Source: Candidatus Fiminaster equi (GTDB lineage Bacteria > Bacillota_I > Bacilli_A > RFN20 > CAG-826). Taken from it: 64,000 bases of DNA. Location of the stretch: contig JAGHUR010000011.1 in NCBI GenBank assembly GCA_018064745.1, positions 6,137 to 70,136 on the forward strand, in the 5' to 3' direction. Position 1 is the first letter of the stretch; every line of letters begins with the position of its first letter. The notes under the pieces are model-generated. The model made no database searches. It was not told the origin of the DNA and was given only the letters and a program-made list of their open reading frames with translations. A program made the position numbers and the translations under genes. This document shows, piece by piece, positions 56,387-64,000 of this stretch.

Positions 56387-57385
56387 ATGAGATTATTTAG
56401 AACAGTCAGTGTTATATCAACGGCAATTGTTTCATTTTGCTGTACGGCGTGTGGAGTTGATGAAAGTACATTGTATAAAATTGCAGTTACAAAAGCTCCA
56501 GATAAGATTAGTTATGTTGCCGGTGAAAAATTTGATCCTAAGGGAATGGAAGTAACTGGTTATTATGCTGAAGATAAAACAAAAGAGATTGAAGATTATA
56601 CATACACTCCAACAAAGGCTTTATCTACTTCTAACAAAACAGTGACAATTACTTACAAAGGTTTTAAATGTACAACTAAAATTAGTGTAAGCATTGCACC
56701 AAAACCAGACCCAGAAGGATATTACAAAGAATGTGAAGGTCTTCAAGGATCCCAATTAGAAGACAAACTTAAAGAGATTAATACACCACGTTCTCCAAGC
56801 TATGATTGGAAGAGATATGAAGCTGCAGATGAATCTGCAACTGATCCAAGTTGCATATTATCTTTGTATACAAGACACGACATTCCTAAAAATAATCACT
56901 GCGGTAACTATGCCTGGAATTATTGGAATAGAGAACACATATGGACACAAACCGCTTATCCAAATTCAAAACAAGATAATCACAATATCTTTGCTTGTGA
57001 AGGCCAAATAAATGCATATAGAGGTGATTTACCATTTGGTGAAGTATCTCATACCTCTGGAAATACAAAGAAAATTTTTGGTCACGATGTAGATTGTTAT
57101 TGGACAAGTAGTCGTTTTGAACCATGCGATGACGCCAAAGGCGAAGTTGCTAGAGCAGTTATGTATGGAACAGTTCAATATTCATATGACATTACTGATA
57201 TGATTTCAATCGACCTTGCTCTTAAATGGCACCTTGAACATCCTATCACTACTAGAGATCAAAATAGAAATAGTGTTGTTTATACACTTCAAGGAAACAG
57301 AAACCCATTTGTTGATCACCCTGAATATGCTTGTAAGATTTGGGGAACAACAAACTCTGCCACAAAGAAAATTTGTGGAATGTAA
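56387..57385 (+). CDS. surface lipoprotein nuclease: Ig-like domain + endonuclease I (EndA/Bsn) family domain
   Basis: Signal peptide plus Cys cluster (IVSFCCTAC). Has a ~70-aa Ig-like module (YKIAVTKAPDKISYVAGEKFDPKGMEVTGYY...VTITYKG). Endonuclease I motifs are NREHIWTQ, N.YRGDLPFG and NRNPFVDHPEYA. The ATG at 56387 (AGGAAG SD) is preferred over the track's GTG at 56378. Confidence 0.8.
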   Translation: MRLFRTVSVISTAIVSFCCTACGVDESTLYKIAVTKAPDKISYVAGEKFDPKGMEVTGYYAEDKTKEIEDYTYTPTKALSTSNKTVTITYKGFKCTTKISVSIAPKPDPEGYYKECEGLQGSQLEDKLKEINTPRSPSYDWKRYEAADESATDPSCILSLYTRHDIPKNNHCGNYAWNYWNREHIWTQTAYPNSKQDNHNIFACEGQINAYRGDLPFGEVSHTSGNTKKIFGHDVDCYWTSSRFEPCDDAKGEVARAVMYGTVQYSYDITDMISIDLALKWHLEHPITTRDQNRNSVVYTLQGNRNPFVDHPEYACKIWGTTNSATKKICGM

Positions 57386-57413
57386 TTTTTAATAAGAACA
57401 AGGAGTACCTCAT

Positions 57414-58991
57414 ATGAAAAACAAGTTCTACATTACTACGCCAATTTATTACCCAAGCGCGGAAGCGCACATAGGACACGCTTATTGCACAACCATGTGT
57501 GATATTTTAGCGCGTTCAAAACGAATGCGTGGTTTTGAAACTTATTTTTTAACTGGTACTGATGAACATGGCGAAAAGATCCAAAAGAAAGCTGCTGAAA
57601 AAGGCGTTACTCCTCAACAATATGTTGATGAAATTGCAGCTAAGTTCCAAGATTTATGGAAAGCCATGAGAATTTCAAATGATGATTTTATTAGAACGAC
57701 TCAAGAAAGACACACTAAAGTAGTTCAAAACATCTTTTCTACATTGTATAAAAACGAAGATATTTACCTTGGTAAATACGAAGGTTGGTATTGCACCCCT
57801 TGTGAATCTTTTTGGACTGATACTCAAGTTGGTGAAGAACGCCTTTGTCCAGATTGCCATAGAGAAGTTCATAAAGCTTCTGAAGAATGTTATTTCTTCA
57901 AGACAAATAAATATCTTGATGAACTATTAAAATATTATGATGAAAACCCAAAATTCATTACACCAATCAATCGTAAGAATGAAATGATGAATACATTCAT
58001 TAAGAACGGCCTTGATGATTTATGTGTTTCTAGAACAACTTTTGATTGGGGTGTTCCAGTTTTAGAAAACCCAAAACACGTTATGTATGTTTGGTTAGAC
58101 GCACTTTGTAATTATATTACAGCTTTAGGATATGGCTCTGAAAATACAGATAAGTTTGAAAAATTCTGGAATGATCCAAATACCGAAATTGTGCACGTTG
58201 TAGGCGCAGACATTACACGTTTCCACGTTATCTATTGGCCAATGTTTTTAAAAGGACTTAATCTTAGATTACCAGACAGAGTTTTCGTCCATGGTCTTTT
58301 AGATCTAAACGGCGAGAAGATGTCAAAGAGTCGCGGAAACGTTGTTTCGCCTCTTCCACTAATTGAAAGATATGGCGTTGATACAGTTCGTTGGTTCTTG
58401 GCAAAAGAATTCTCATTTGGTAGTGACGGAAGATTTACTCCAGAGTTATTTGCCGACCGCGTAAATGTAGATCTCGCTAACAATTTTGGCAACCTCGTTA
58501 ACCGTACCACTTCAATGATTTCAAAATACTTCGATGGTATTGTGCCAGAACTTAAAAATCCTGGAGAAAATGAGCGAAATATTGAGGTTTTGACGGAGAA
58601 AACAGTTAAAGCTTATGAGAATTTGATGGATGATTTGAAGGTTACTGAAGCCCTTCATGAAGTCATCAATTTGCTCAATGTTGCAAACAAATATATTGAA
58701 GAATCTCAACCTTGGGTTTTATCAAAAGAAGGCAAGATTGAAGAACTCGGAAATGTTATGGCAGTTTTAACAAATTGTATTATTGTTGGAACTAAACTTT
58801 TGTCCCCAGTATTAGTTGAATCTGCTCCAAAAGTTTTCGCATTATTTAATTTAACTGAAAAACAACAATCTTATGAATCAGTTCATGACTTTTGCTGCTT
58901 TGCAGGAAATCATGTTGATAAAGGAACACCATTGTTCCCACGTTTAGATGTTGCAGTGGAGACCGAATTTATTAATTCGTTGACAAAATAA
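57414..58991 (+). CDS. metG: methionyl-tRNA synthetase (short form without the C-terminal tRNA-binding domain)
   Basis: HIGHAY (HIGH), a Zn knuckle CPDCH, and KMSKSRGN (KMSKS). Confidence 0.95.
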   Translation: MKNKFYITTPIYYPSAEAHIGHAYCTTMCDILARSKRMRGFETYFLTGTDEHGEKIQKKAAEKGVTPQQYVDEIAAKFQDLWKAMRISNDDFIRTTQERHTKVVQNIFSTLYKNEDIYLGKYEGWYCTPCESFWTDTQVGEERLCPDCHREVHKASEECYFFKTNKYLDELLKYYDENPKFITPINRKNEMMNTFIKNGLDDLCVSRTTFDWGVPVLENPKHVMYVWLDALCNYITALGYGSENTDKFEKFWNDPNTEIVHVVGADITRFHVIYWPMFLKGLNLRLPDRVFVHGLLDLNGEKMSKSRGNVVSPLPLIERYGVDTVRWFLAKEFSFGSDGRFTPELFADRVNVDLANNFGNLVNRTTSMISKYFDGIVPELKNPGENERNIEVLTEKTVKAYENLMDDLKVTEALHEVINLLNVANKYIEESQPWVLSKEGKIEELGNVMAVLTNCIIVGTKLLSPVLVESAPKVFALFNLTEKQQSYESVHDFCCFAGNHVDKGTPLFPRLDVAVETEFINSLTK

Positions 58992-58992
58992 T

Positions 58993-61620
58993 ATGGGCAA
59001 GTACGATCAAAACAAAACACCATATTTAGATGCTCTTAAAAAGTATCTTTCTGATGACGTTCTTCAATTAGATGTTCCAGGACACGAAAGAGGAACATTA
59101 CCAAGTAAGTTTAGAAACTTTATTGGAGACTCTGTCTATAACGCTGACGTAAACGCGCCTATTGGAATGGACAATTTAGCCAATCCACAAGGAGTTCTTT
59201 TAGAAGCAGAAAAATATTTTGCTGATTTTGCTAATGCAGACAAGTCATTTTTCCTAGTTAACGGAACCTCTAGTGGCATTCTCGCTATGATTATGGTCGC
59301 GTGCAGTGCTAACGAGAAAATTATTCTCCCACGCAACGTGCACAAATCAATTATTTCTGCTCTTATTCTTTCTGGTGCTTCACCAATTTTTATTGCACCA
59401 AAAATTGATGCAGATTTAGAAATTGCTAATCAACCAACAGTTGATGATTATATTAATGCTATGCATAAATATCCTTCAGTGAAAGCAATTTTTGTTATTA
59501 ACCCAACTTATTTTGGCGCAGTTAATGACTTAAAACATTTAGTTGAAGAAGCTCACGCTAGAGGAATTGCGGTTTTGGTCGATGAAGCACACGGTGCTCA
59601 TTACTATTTTGATAAACAAGGACCAATTTCAGCCATGGATGCTGGAGCTGATATGTCTTCAGTTTCTTTCCACAAGACTGGTGGAAGTTTAACTCAATCA
59701 TCTGTTTTACTCCTCAAATCTAAACTTATTGATAGAGCTAGAGTTCAAAAAACTCTTAACATTTTAAACACAACTTCCCCATCCACAATTCTTATGGCAT
59801 CAATTGATTCCGCAAGATCATTTGCAGCCACAAAAGGCCAAGAATATATGGAAAAACTCCATGAAGTTTCTAAATATGGTCGTGAACAGATTGCAAAAAT
59901 TAATGGATTTGTTCCTTGTGGAAAAGAACATTTTAAAACTCGTGGTTGCTATGATTATGATGAAACAAAACTTGTTATCAAGCTTGAACATTTAGACATT
60001 AATGGTTTTGATGTTTATCAACTGCTCAAGAAAAAATACAACATTCAAATTGAGTTAGCAGAAACATATGTCATTATGGGCGTTTTATCAATGGCATTTA
60101 CAAAACAAAAAATGAATCGTTTAATTGCTGCACTCAAAGACATTTCAAAAAATCATTACAATAAAAAATACAATTATGAACGTCACGCCTTTGGCGTTGA
60201 TTTCCCATTCCAAGTCGTTAGACCAAGAAGTGCTTTCCATGCACCAGGAAATAAAGTTTTACTTAAAGATGCAGTTAACTGCATCTCTAGAGAATCAATT
60301 ATGATTTATCCTCCAGGAATTCCTTTAATTGTTCCGGGAGAAGTTTTCACAAAAGATTTAGTCGATAGAATTTATGCCTATAAGAAAACGGGCTGCACAA
60401 TCCTTTCAGATTACCATGGAGATTACGTTAACGTAATCGATACGACAAAGTGGAGAGCTTATAGAGCTCATAAAAATAAACTTAATGACTATTTGGTCAA
60501 GAGAATTTCTACACCTCGTGCAGATGAGTTTTCTATGCCTTTTGAAGGCAATAAACACAGTGGAACTATTGTTCTTTTACCATTTAGAAAAGATACTTGG
60601 AGAAAAAATGCTGAACCAGCACTTGAAAACTACAAACAAGTTATTACCAGTATTGCAAAATATGAACCTGTTTATGTTGGAATATCTCCAAAATTATGGA
60701 ATCGCGTAATCAAAGATTACGAAGGACTTAAAAATATTTATCCAATCAAGATTGCTTATAACGATGCTTGGGCACGTGACAATTCTCCAATTTTTGTTAC
60801 AAATGGTGACAGAATGAGAATCGTTGACTTTAGATTTAATGCTTGGGGCGGTGAAGTTGATGGATTGTACTCAAACTACAAACAAGATGATGCCTTAACT
60901 AAGAATTTAGCAAAGAAATTTGGTGTCGAATGTTATAGATTAGAAGACTTCATTCTTGAAGGTGGATCAATTCATGTTGATGGGGAGGGAACTTGTCTTG
61001 TAACAAAAGCTTGCCTTCTTTCAGAAGGAAGAAATCCACACCTTAATCAATTAGAAATTGAAGAAACACTCAAGATTTATCTTGGTGTATCTAAAATTAT
61101 TTGGTTAGAACACGGAATTTATGAAGATGAGACTAATGAGCACGTCGATAATGTCGCTTGTTTCATCAAACCTGGTGTTGTTGCACTCGCGTGGACAAAT
61201 GATAAAAATGATCCTCAATATAAATTCTCAAACGATGCTTATAAAGTCCTCAAAAATTCAACTGATGCAAAAGGCAGAAAGTTAGAAATTGTTAAAATTA
61301 AGGTTCCATCACCTATTTATATGTCAAAGAAAGAATCAAAAGGTATTTCTATAGGAAAATATAATGCAAAATCACGTGTTGAAGGAAATAGACTTGCTGC
61401 AAGTTATATTAACTTCTATCAAGGAGAAAAATTTGTCATTCTTCCTGCATTTGGAGTTCCTGAAGATAAGCTTGCTAAGAAAACATTACAAGCTCTTTAT
61501 CCAGAAAAAGAAATTATTCAATTTAACACAAAAGAAATCTTGTTAGGTGGTGGAAACGTTCACTGTATAACAATGCAAATCCCATACAATAAGGAGTTTA
61601 AAAAACGAAATGAAAATTAA
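58993..61620 (+). CDS. bifunctional fusion: SpeA-type PLP-dependent arginine decarboxylase (N, ~aa 1-485) + agmatine deiminase (C, ~aa 505-875)
   Basis: The N-terminal half is collinear with B. subtilis SpeA-type Orn/Lys/Arg decarboxylases (VPGHERG, NGTSSGILAM, PRNVHKS, DEAHGAH, SFHKTGGSLTQSS, YPPGIP). The C-terminal half has agmatine deiminase motifs (TPRADEFSMP, WARDNSPIF, EGGSIHVDGEGT, catalytic GGGNVHCITMQ). It is a single uninterrupted frame. Confidence 0.85.
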   Translation: MGKYDQNKTPYLDALKKYLSDDVLQLDVPGHERGTLPSKFRNFIGDSVYNADVNAPIGMDNLANPQGVLLEAEKYFADFANADKSFFLVNGTSSGILAMIMVACSANEKIILPRNVHKSIISALILSGASPIFIAPKIDADLEIANQPTVDDYINAMHKYPSVKAIFVINPTYFGAVNDLKHLVEEAHARGIAVLVDEAHGAHYYFDKQGPISAMDAGADMSSVSFHKTGGSLTQSSVLLLKSKLIDRARVQKTLNILNTTSPSTILMASIDSARSFAATKGQEYMEKLHEVSKYGREQIAKINGFVPCGKEHFKTRGCYDYDETKLVIKLEHLDINGFDVYQLLKKKYNIQIELAETYVIMGVLSMAFTKQKMNRLIAALKDISKNHYNKKYNYERHAFGVDFPFQVVRPRSAFHAPGNKVLLKDAVNCISRESIMIYPPGIPLIVPGEVFTKDLVDRIYAYKKTGCTILSDYHGDYVNVIDTTKWRAYRAHKNKLNDYLVKRISTPRADEFSMPFEGNKHSGTIVLLPFRKDTWRKNAEPALENYKQVITSIAKYEPVYVGISPKLWNRVIKDYEGLKNIYPIKIAYNDAWARDNSPIFVTNGDRMRIVDFRFNAWGGEVDGLYSNYKQDDALTKNLAKKFGVECYRLEDFILEGGSIHVDGEGTCLVTKACLLSEGRNPHLNQLEIEETLKIYLGVSKIIWLEHGIYEDETNEHVDNVACFIKPGVVALAWTNDKNDPQYKFSNDAYKVLKNSTDAKGRKLEIVKIKVPSPIYMSKKESKGISIGKYNAKSRVEGNRLAASYINFYQGEKFVILPAFGVPEDKLAKKTLQALYPEKEIIQFNTKEILLGGGNVHCITMQIPYNKEFKKRNEN

Positions 61621-62479
61621 GGTCGCAATTACTCAAATGAGCTGCTCCTCAAACTACGAGGAAAACATTAAAAAAGCCGAGAAAATGGTGGAAAATTGTG
61701 CAAAAGCAGGTGCAAATATCATTCTTTTGCAGGAACTTTTTTCTAATCTATATTTCTGCCAAGTCGAAGATTATGACAAGTTTGAATTAGCTGAAAATAG
61801 AAGCAAATCAAACTTAATTGAGCACTTTAAAAAAGTTGCAAAAAAATACAATGTAGTTCTTCCAATTTCATTCTTTGAAAAATCAGGAGCAAATTACTTT
61901 AATTCGTTAGTAATGATTGATGCTGATGGTAAAGATTTAGGGATGTATCGTAAAACACACATTCCAACTGGCGAATGTTACGAAGAAAAATTCTATTTCT
62001 CACCAGGAGATACAGGATTTAAAGTTTTCAAAACAAAATTTGGTCGTGTTGGTGTTGGAATTTGTTGGGATCAATGGTTCCCAGAAACTGCAAGAATTTT
62101 AGCATTAAAAGATGCAGAAATTTTACTTTATCCAACAGCAATTGGTTCTGAACCAGTTTTAGTGCGTGATTCCATGCCACACTGGCGCAATACAATGTGC
62201 GGTCATGCAGCTGCAAATATTATTCCTGTCTGTGCTTCCAACAGAGTTGGACTTGAAACAGCAGGAAAATCATCAATGACATTCCAAGGTTTCTCATTTA
62301 TAGCAGACCAATATGGAAATGTTGTTGAAGAAATGGACAGAAAAGAAGAAGGGTTCAGAGTACATGAATTTGACCTTCAATCAATAGATAAAGAAAGAGT
62401 TTCTTGGGGTGTGTTCAGAGATCGTAGACCAGAATGCTACAAGGAATTAATTGGTTATTCAAAAAACTTAGATGAATAA
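61610..62479 (+). CDS. aguB: N-carbamoylputrescine amidase (nitrilase superfamily)
   Basis: LQELF (Glu), YRKTHIP (Lys) and ICWDQWFPE (Cys) form the catalytic triad context. Overlaps the fusion gene by 11 nt. Confidence 0.9.
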   Translation: MKIKVAITQMSCSSNYEENIKKAEKMVENCAKAGANIILLQELFSNLYFCQVEDYDKFELAENRSKSNLIEHFKKVAKKYNVVLPISFFEKSGANYFNSLVMIDADGKDLGMYRKTHIPTGECYEEKFYFSPGDTGFKVFKTKFGRVGVGICWDQWFPETARILALKDAEILLYPTAIGSEPVLVRDSMPHWRNTMCGHAAANIIPVCASNRVGLETAGKSSMTFQGFSFIADQYGNVVEEMDRKEEGFRVHEFDLQSIDKERVSWGVFRDRRPECYKELIGYSKNLDE

Positions 62480-63389
62480 GAACGATAAAAAGAGAGAAAT
62501 CCACAAAGGTAAAGTTAACCCAAATTCGATTAAAGAATTCAAGGTTAAAGAAGAGTGCGAACTCCTCTCTTTTTTGTTTGAAAAATTTCCAAACTTATCC
62601 AGAAATGCAGTTAAATCAATTCTCTCAGGACACTATGTTGGAGTGAATGGAGCACCGGTTTCTCAATACAATTTAAAGCTCTCAAAAGATGACGTCGTAA
62701 TTGTCTCAAAACAGCGAATTTCCCGCAAAAATCGCCGTGATTTACCGATTATTTATGAAAATGATGAGTTTATTGTTATAGATAAACCAAGCGGATTGTT
62801 AACTGTTCCGAGCGATAATGAAAAGGGCAGAACAGCCTATCGTATGGTTAATGATTATGTGCAACAAAAAGATAAGCACAATAGAGTATTTGTGGTTCAC
62901 CGTTTAGACGAAGACACGTCTGGTGTTTTGATGTTTGCTAAGAACGCAAAAATTAAAGATATTTTACAAAAAGAATGGGGCGAAATTGTTCTTGAAAGAG
63001 GATACTATGCTGTTGTTGAAGGGAACATGGAAAAACCAGAGGACACTTTTGTTGATTATTTAAAAGAAAATGCCCTCAATTTAATGTATGTTTCAAACGA
63101 CAGAAAAAATGGCAAAAGATGTGTAACACAATACAAAGTATTGAAATCAAATAAACTTTATTCGCTTTTAGATGTAAAAATTGATACAGGAAGAAAGAAC
63201 CAAATTCGTGTACAATTAGGTCATAGAGGACACCACGTAATCGGAGACGACAAATATGGTGAACCAGCCGATCCAATTAAACGTCTTGGACTTCATGCAT
63301 ACAAATTAAAATTTGTTCATCCTGTAACAAAGAAAATTTTTGTTTTTGAGTCTAAAATGCCAGCTCAATTTGAGAATTTGTTCCATTAA
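62472..63389 (+). CDS. RluA-family pseudouridine synthase with an N-terminal S4-like domain
   Basis: HRLDEDTSGVLMFAK catalytic Asp motif and TGRKNQIRVQL. Overlaps aguB by 8 nt. Confidence 0.9.
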   Translation: MNKNDKKREIHKGKVNPNSIKEFKVKEECELLSFLFEKFPNLSRNAVKSILSGHYVGVNGAPVSQYNLKLSKDDVVIVSKQRISRKNRRDLPIIYENDEFIVIDKPSGLLTVPSDNEKGRTAYRMVNDYVQQKDKHNRVFVVHRLDEDTSGVLMFAKNAKIKDILQKEWGEIVLERGYYAVVEGNMEKPEDTFVDYLKENALNLMYVSNDRKNGKRCVTQYKVLKSNKLYSLLDVKIDTGRKNQIRVQLGHRGHHVIGDDKYGEPADPIKRLGLHAYKLKFVHPVTKKIFVFESKMPAQFENLFH

Positions 63390-63409
63390 TTCGTATTAGT
63401 TTTGTAGTA

Positions 63410-63440
63410 AAAAGGGCGCTCGTTATTGCGAGTGCTTTTT
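63410..63440 (+). terminator. intrinsic terminator of the metG-to-rluA-like operon
   Basis: gcgctcg-(6 nt)-cgagtgc stem followed by TTTTT. Confidence 0.8.
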
Positions 63441-63463
63441 AGTTATGGTTTAATATATACGCA

Positions 63464-64000
63464 ATGAGACAGGCACTGTTAAAACTAAAAGATTCACTTC
63501 TCTCAACTTTACCAGTATTGGTGGTTGTTTTAGTTTTATATTTTGCAAAAGTTGCAAATTTTGAATCAAATCAACTTTGGGTTTTTGGCATCAGTGTTGT
63601 TTTTGTAATCATTGGTATGTGGTTATTTAACATGGGTTCAGAAACATCCATGTCTAGAATGGGTGAACTCATTGGTTCATCAATCACCAAAAAAAGAAGT
63701 ATGGCAATGCTTGTCATTATTTTCTTCTTGTTTGGTGCATTTATTACAATGGCTGAACCAGACCTATCAGTGCTTGCTGACCAAGTTCCTATCGATAGTA
63801 CAGTTTTAACTGTGAGTATCGGTGTTGGCGTTGGCATTTTCTTAGTTATTGGTGCCATTAGAATTCTTTTACAAAAACCTTTAACCTTATGGTTATTAGC
63901 GTTCTATGGTTTAATGTTTGCATTATGTTGTTTAGTTGATTACGCATATGTTCCACTTTCTTTAGATAGTGGTGGCGTAACAACTGGACCAATTACCGTT
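63464..64000 (+). CDS. DUF1538-family membrane protein, N-terminal 179 codons (runs off the window end)
   Basis: Own translation from the ATG at 63464 gives MRQALLKLKDSL...ITMAEPDLSVLADQV...LDSGGVTTGPITV. The AEPD..VLA and DSGGVTTGP blocks are the DUF1538 hallmarks. Open-ended, so absent from the ORF track. Confidence 0.8.
   Translation, partial: MRQALLKLKDSLLSTLPVLVVVLVLYFAKVANFESNQLWVFGISVVFVIIGMWLFNMGSETSMSRMGELIGSSITKKRSMAMLVIIFFLFGAFITMAEPDLSVLADQVPIDSTVLTVSIGVGVGIFLVIGAIRILLQKPLTLWLLAFYGLMFALCCLVDYAYVPLSLDSGGVTTGPITV

Noticed and set aside
63571-63858. Track ORFs 63571-63858 (-) and 63612-63809 (+) near the window end.
   Set aside because: A third, open-ended frame starting at 63464 encodes clear DUF1538 motifs and explains the region. 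The listed ORFs are off-frame shadows.
1-64000. Mycoplasma-type genetic code (UGA = Trp).
   Set aside because: All large conserved genes are intact under the standard code. Conserved Trp positions use TGG (for example ICWDQWFPE at ~62060). TGA terminates yaaA, psuG and others at family-typical lengths.

Overview
This window covers the chromosomal replication-origin region of a low-GC, standard-genetic-code bacterium. Conserved Trp positions use TGG, and TGA terminates genes. Gene content suggests a Bacillota/Mollicutes-like, possibly Acholeplasma-like, lineage: an ~82-nt minimal SRP RNA, ppdK, lipoprotein-type YidC and nuclease, and no cell-wall genes in view. This lineage guess cannot be verified without a database search.

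The core is rpmH-rnpA-yidC-jag-mnmE on the minus strand, then a DnaA-box cluster, then dnaA, a second DnaA-box pair, and dnaN-yaaA-recF-gyrB-gyrA-serS on the plus strand. Gene orientation flips at about 32.2-32.7 kb, as expected for oriC.

The left arm carries dnaB-rplI-gdpP, rpsF-ssb-rpsR, lysS, dus, ftsH, tilS, mfd, pth and tatD-rnmV-rsmA-ispE. Head-on insertions there are an MBOAT/AlgJ-like pair, DUF368+TetR, ppdK, and a small islet with a relBE module. The right arm carries cysEK, SRP RNA, tadA, a P-type ATPase, psuG, mscL, degV, tldD/pmbA, rpmE, a surface nuclease, metG and a polyamine operon.

I found no rRNA, tRNA, CRISPR array, transposase or integrase. I see no convincing novel multi-gene system; most of the window is housekeeping. 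The items most worth follow-up are:
- a single 875-aa ORF fusing a SpeA-type arginine decarboxylase to agmatine deiminase, overlapped by N-carbamoylputrescine amidase;
- an orphan, relatively GC-rich, promoter-to-terminator unit (40-codon sORF or ~220-nt sRNA) in the 543-bp lysS-rpsF gap, with 27-nt repeats flanking its terminator;
- a site-2-protease-like membrane protein with a degenerate LExxH motif next to a TetR-like gene;
- an MBOAT/AlgJ-like O-acyltransferase pair inserted head-on in a conserved dus-lysS block;
- an MscL with an expanded loop, translationally coupled to a small HTH protein.

All functional calls come from motif and family recognition by eye. No searches or computations were run.
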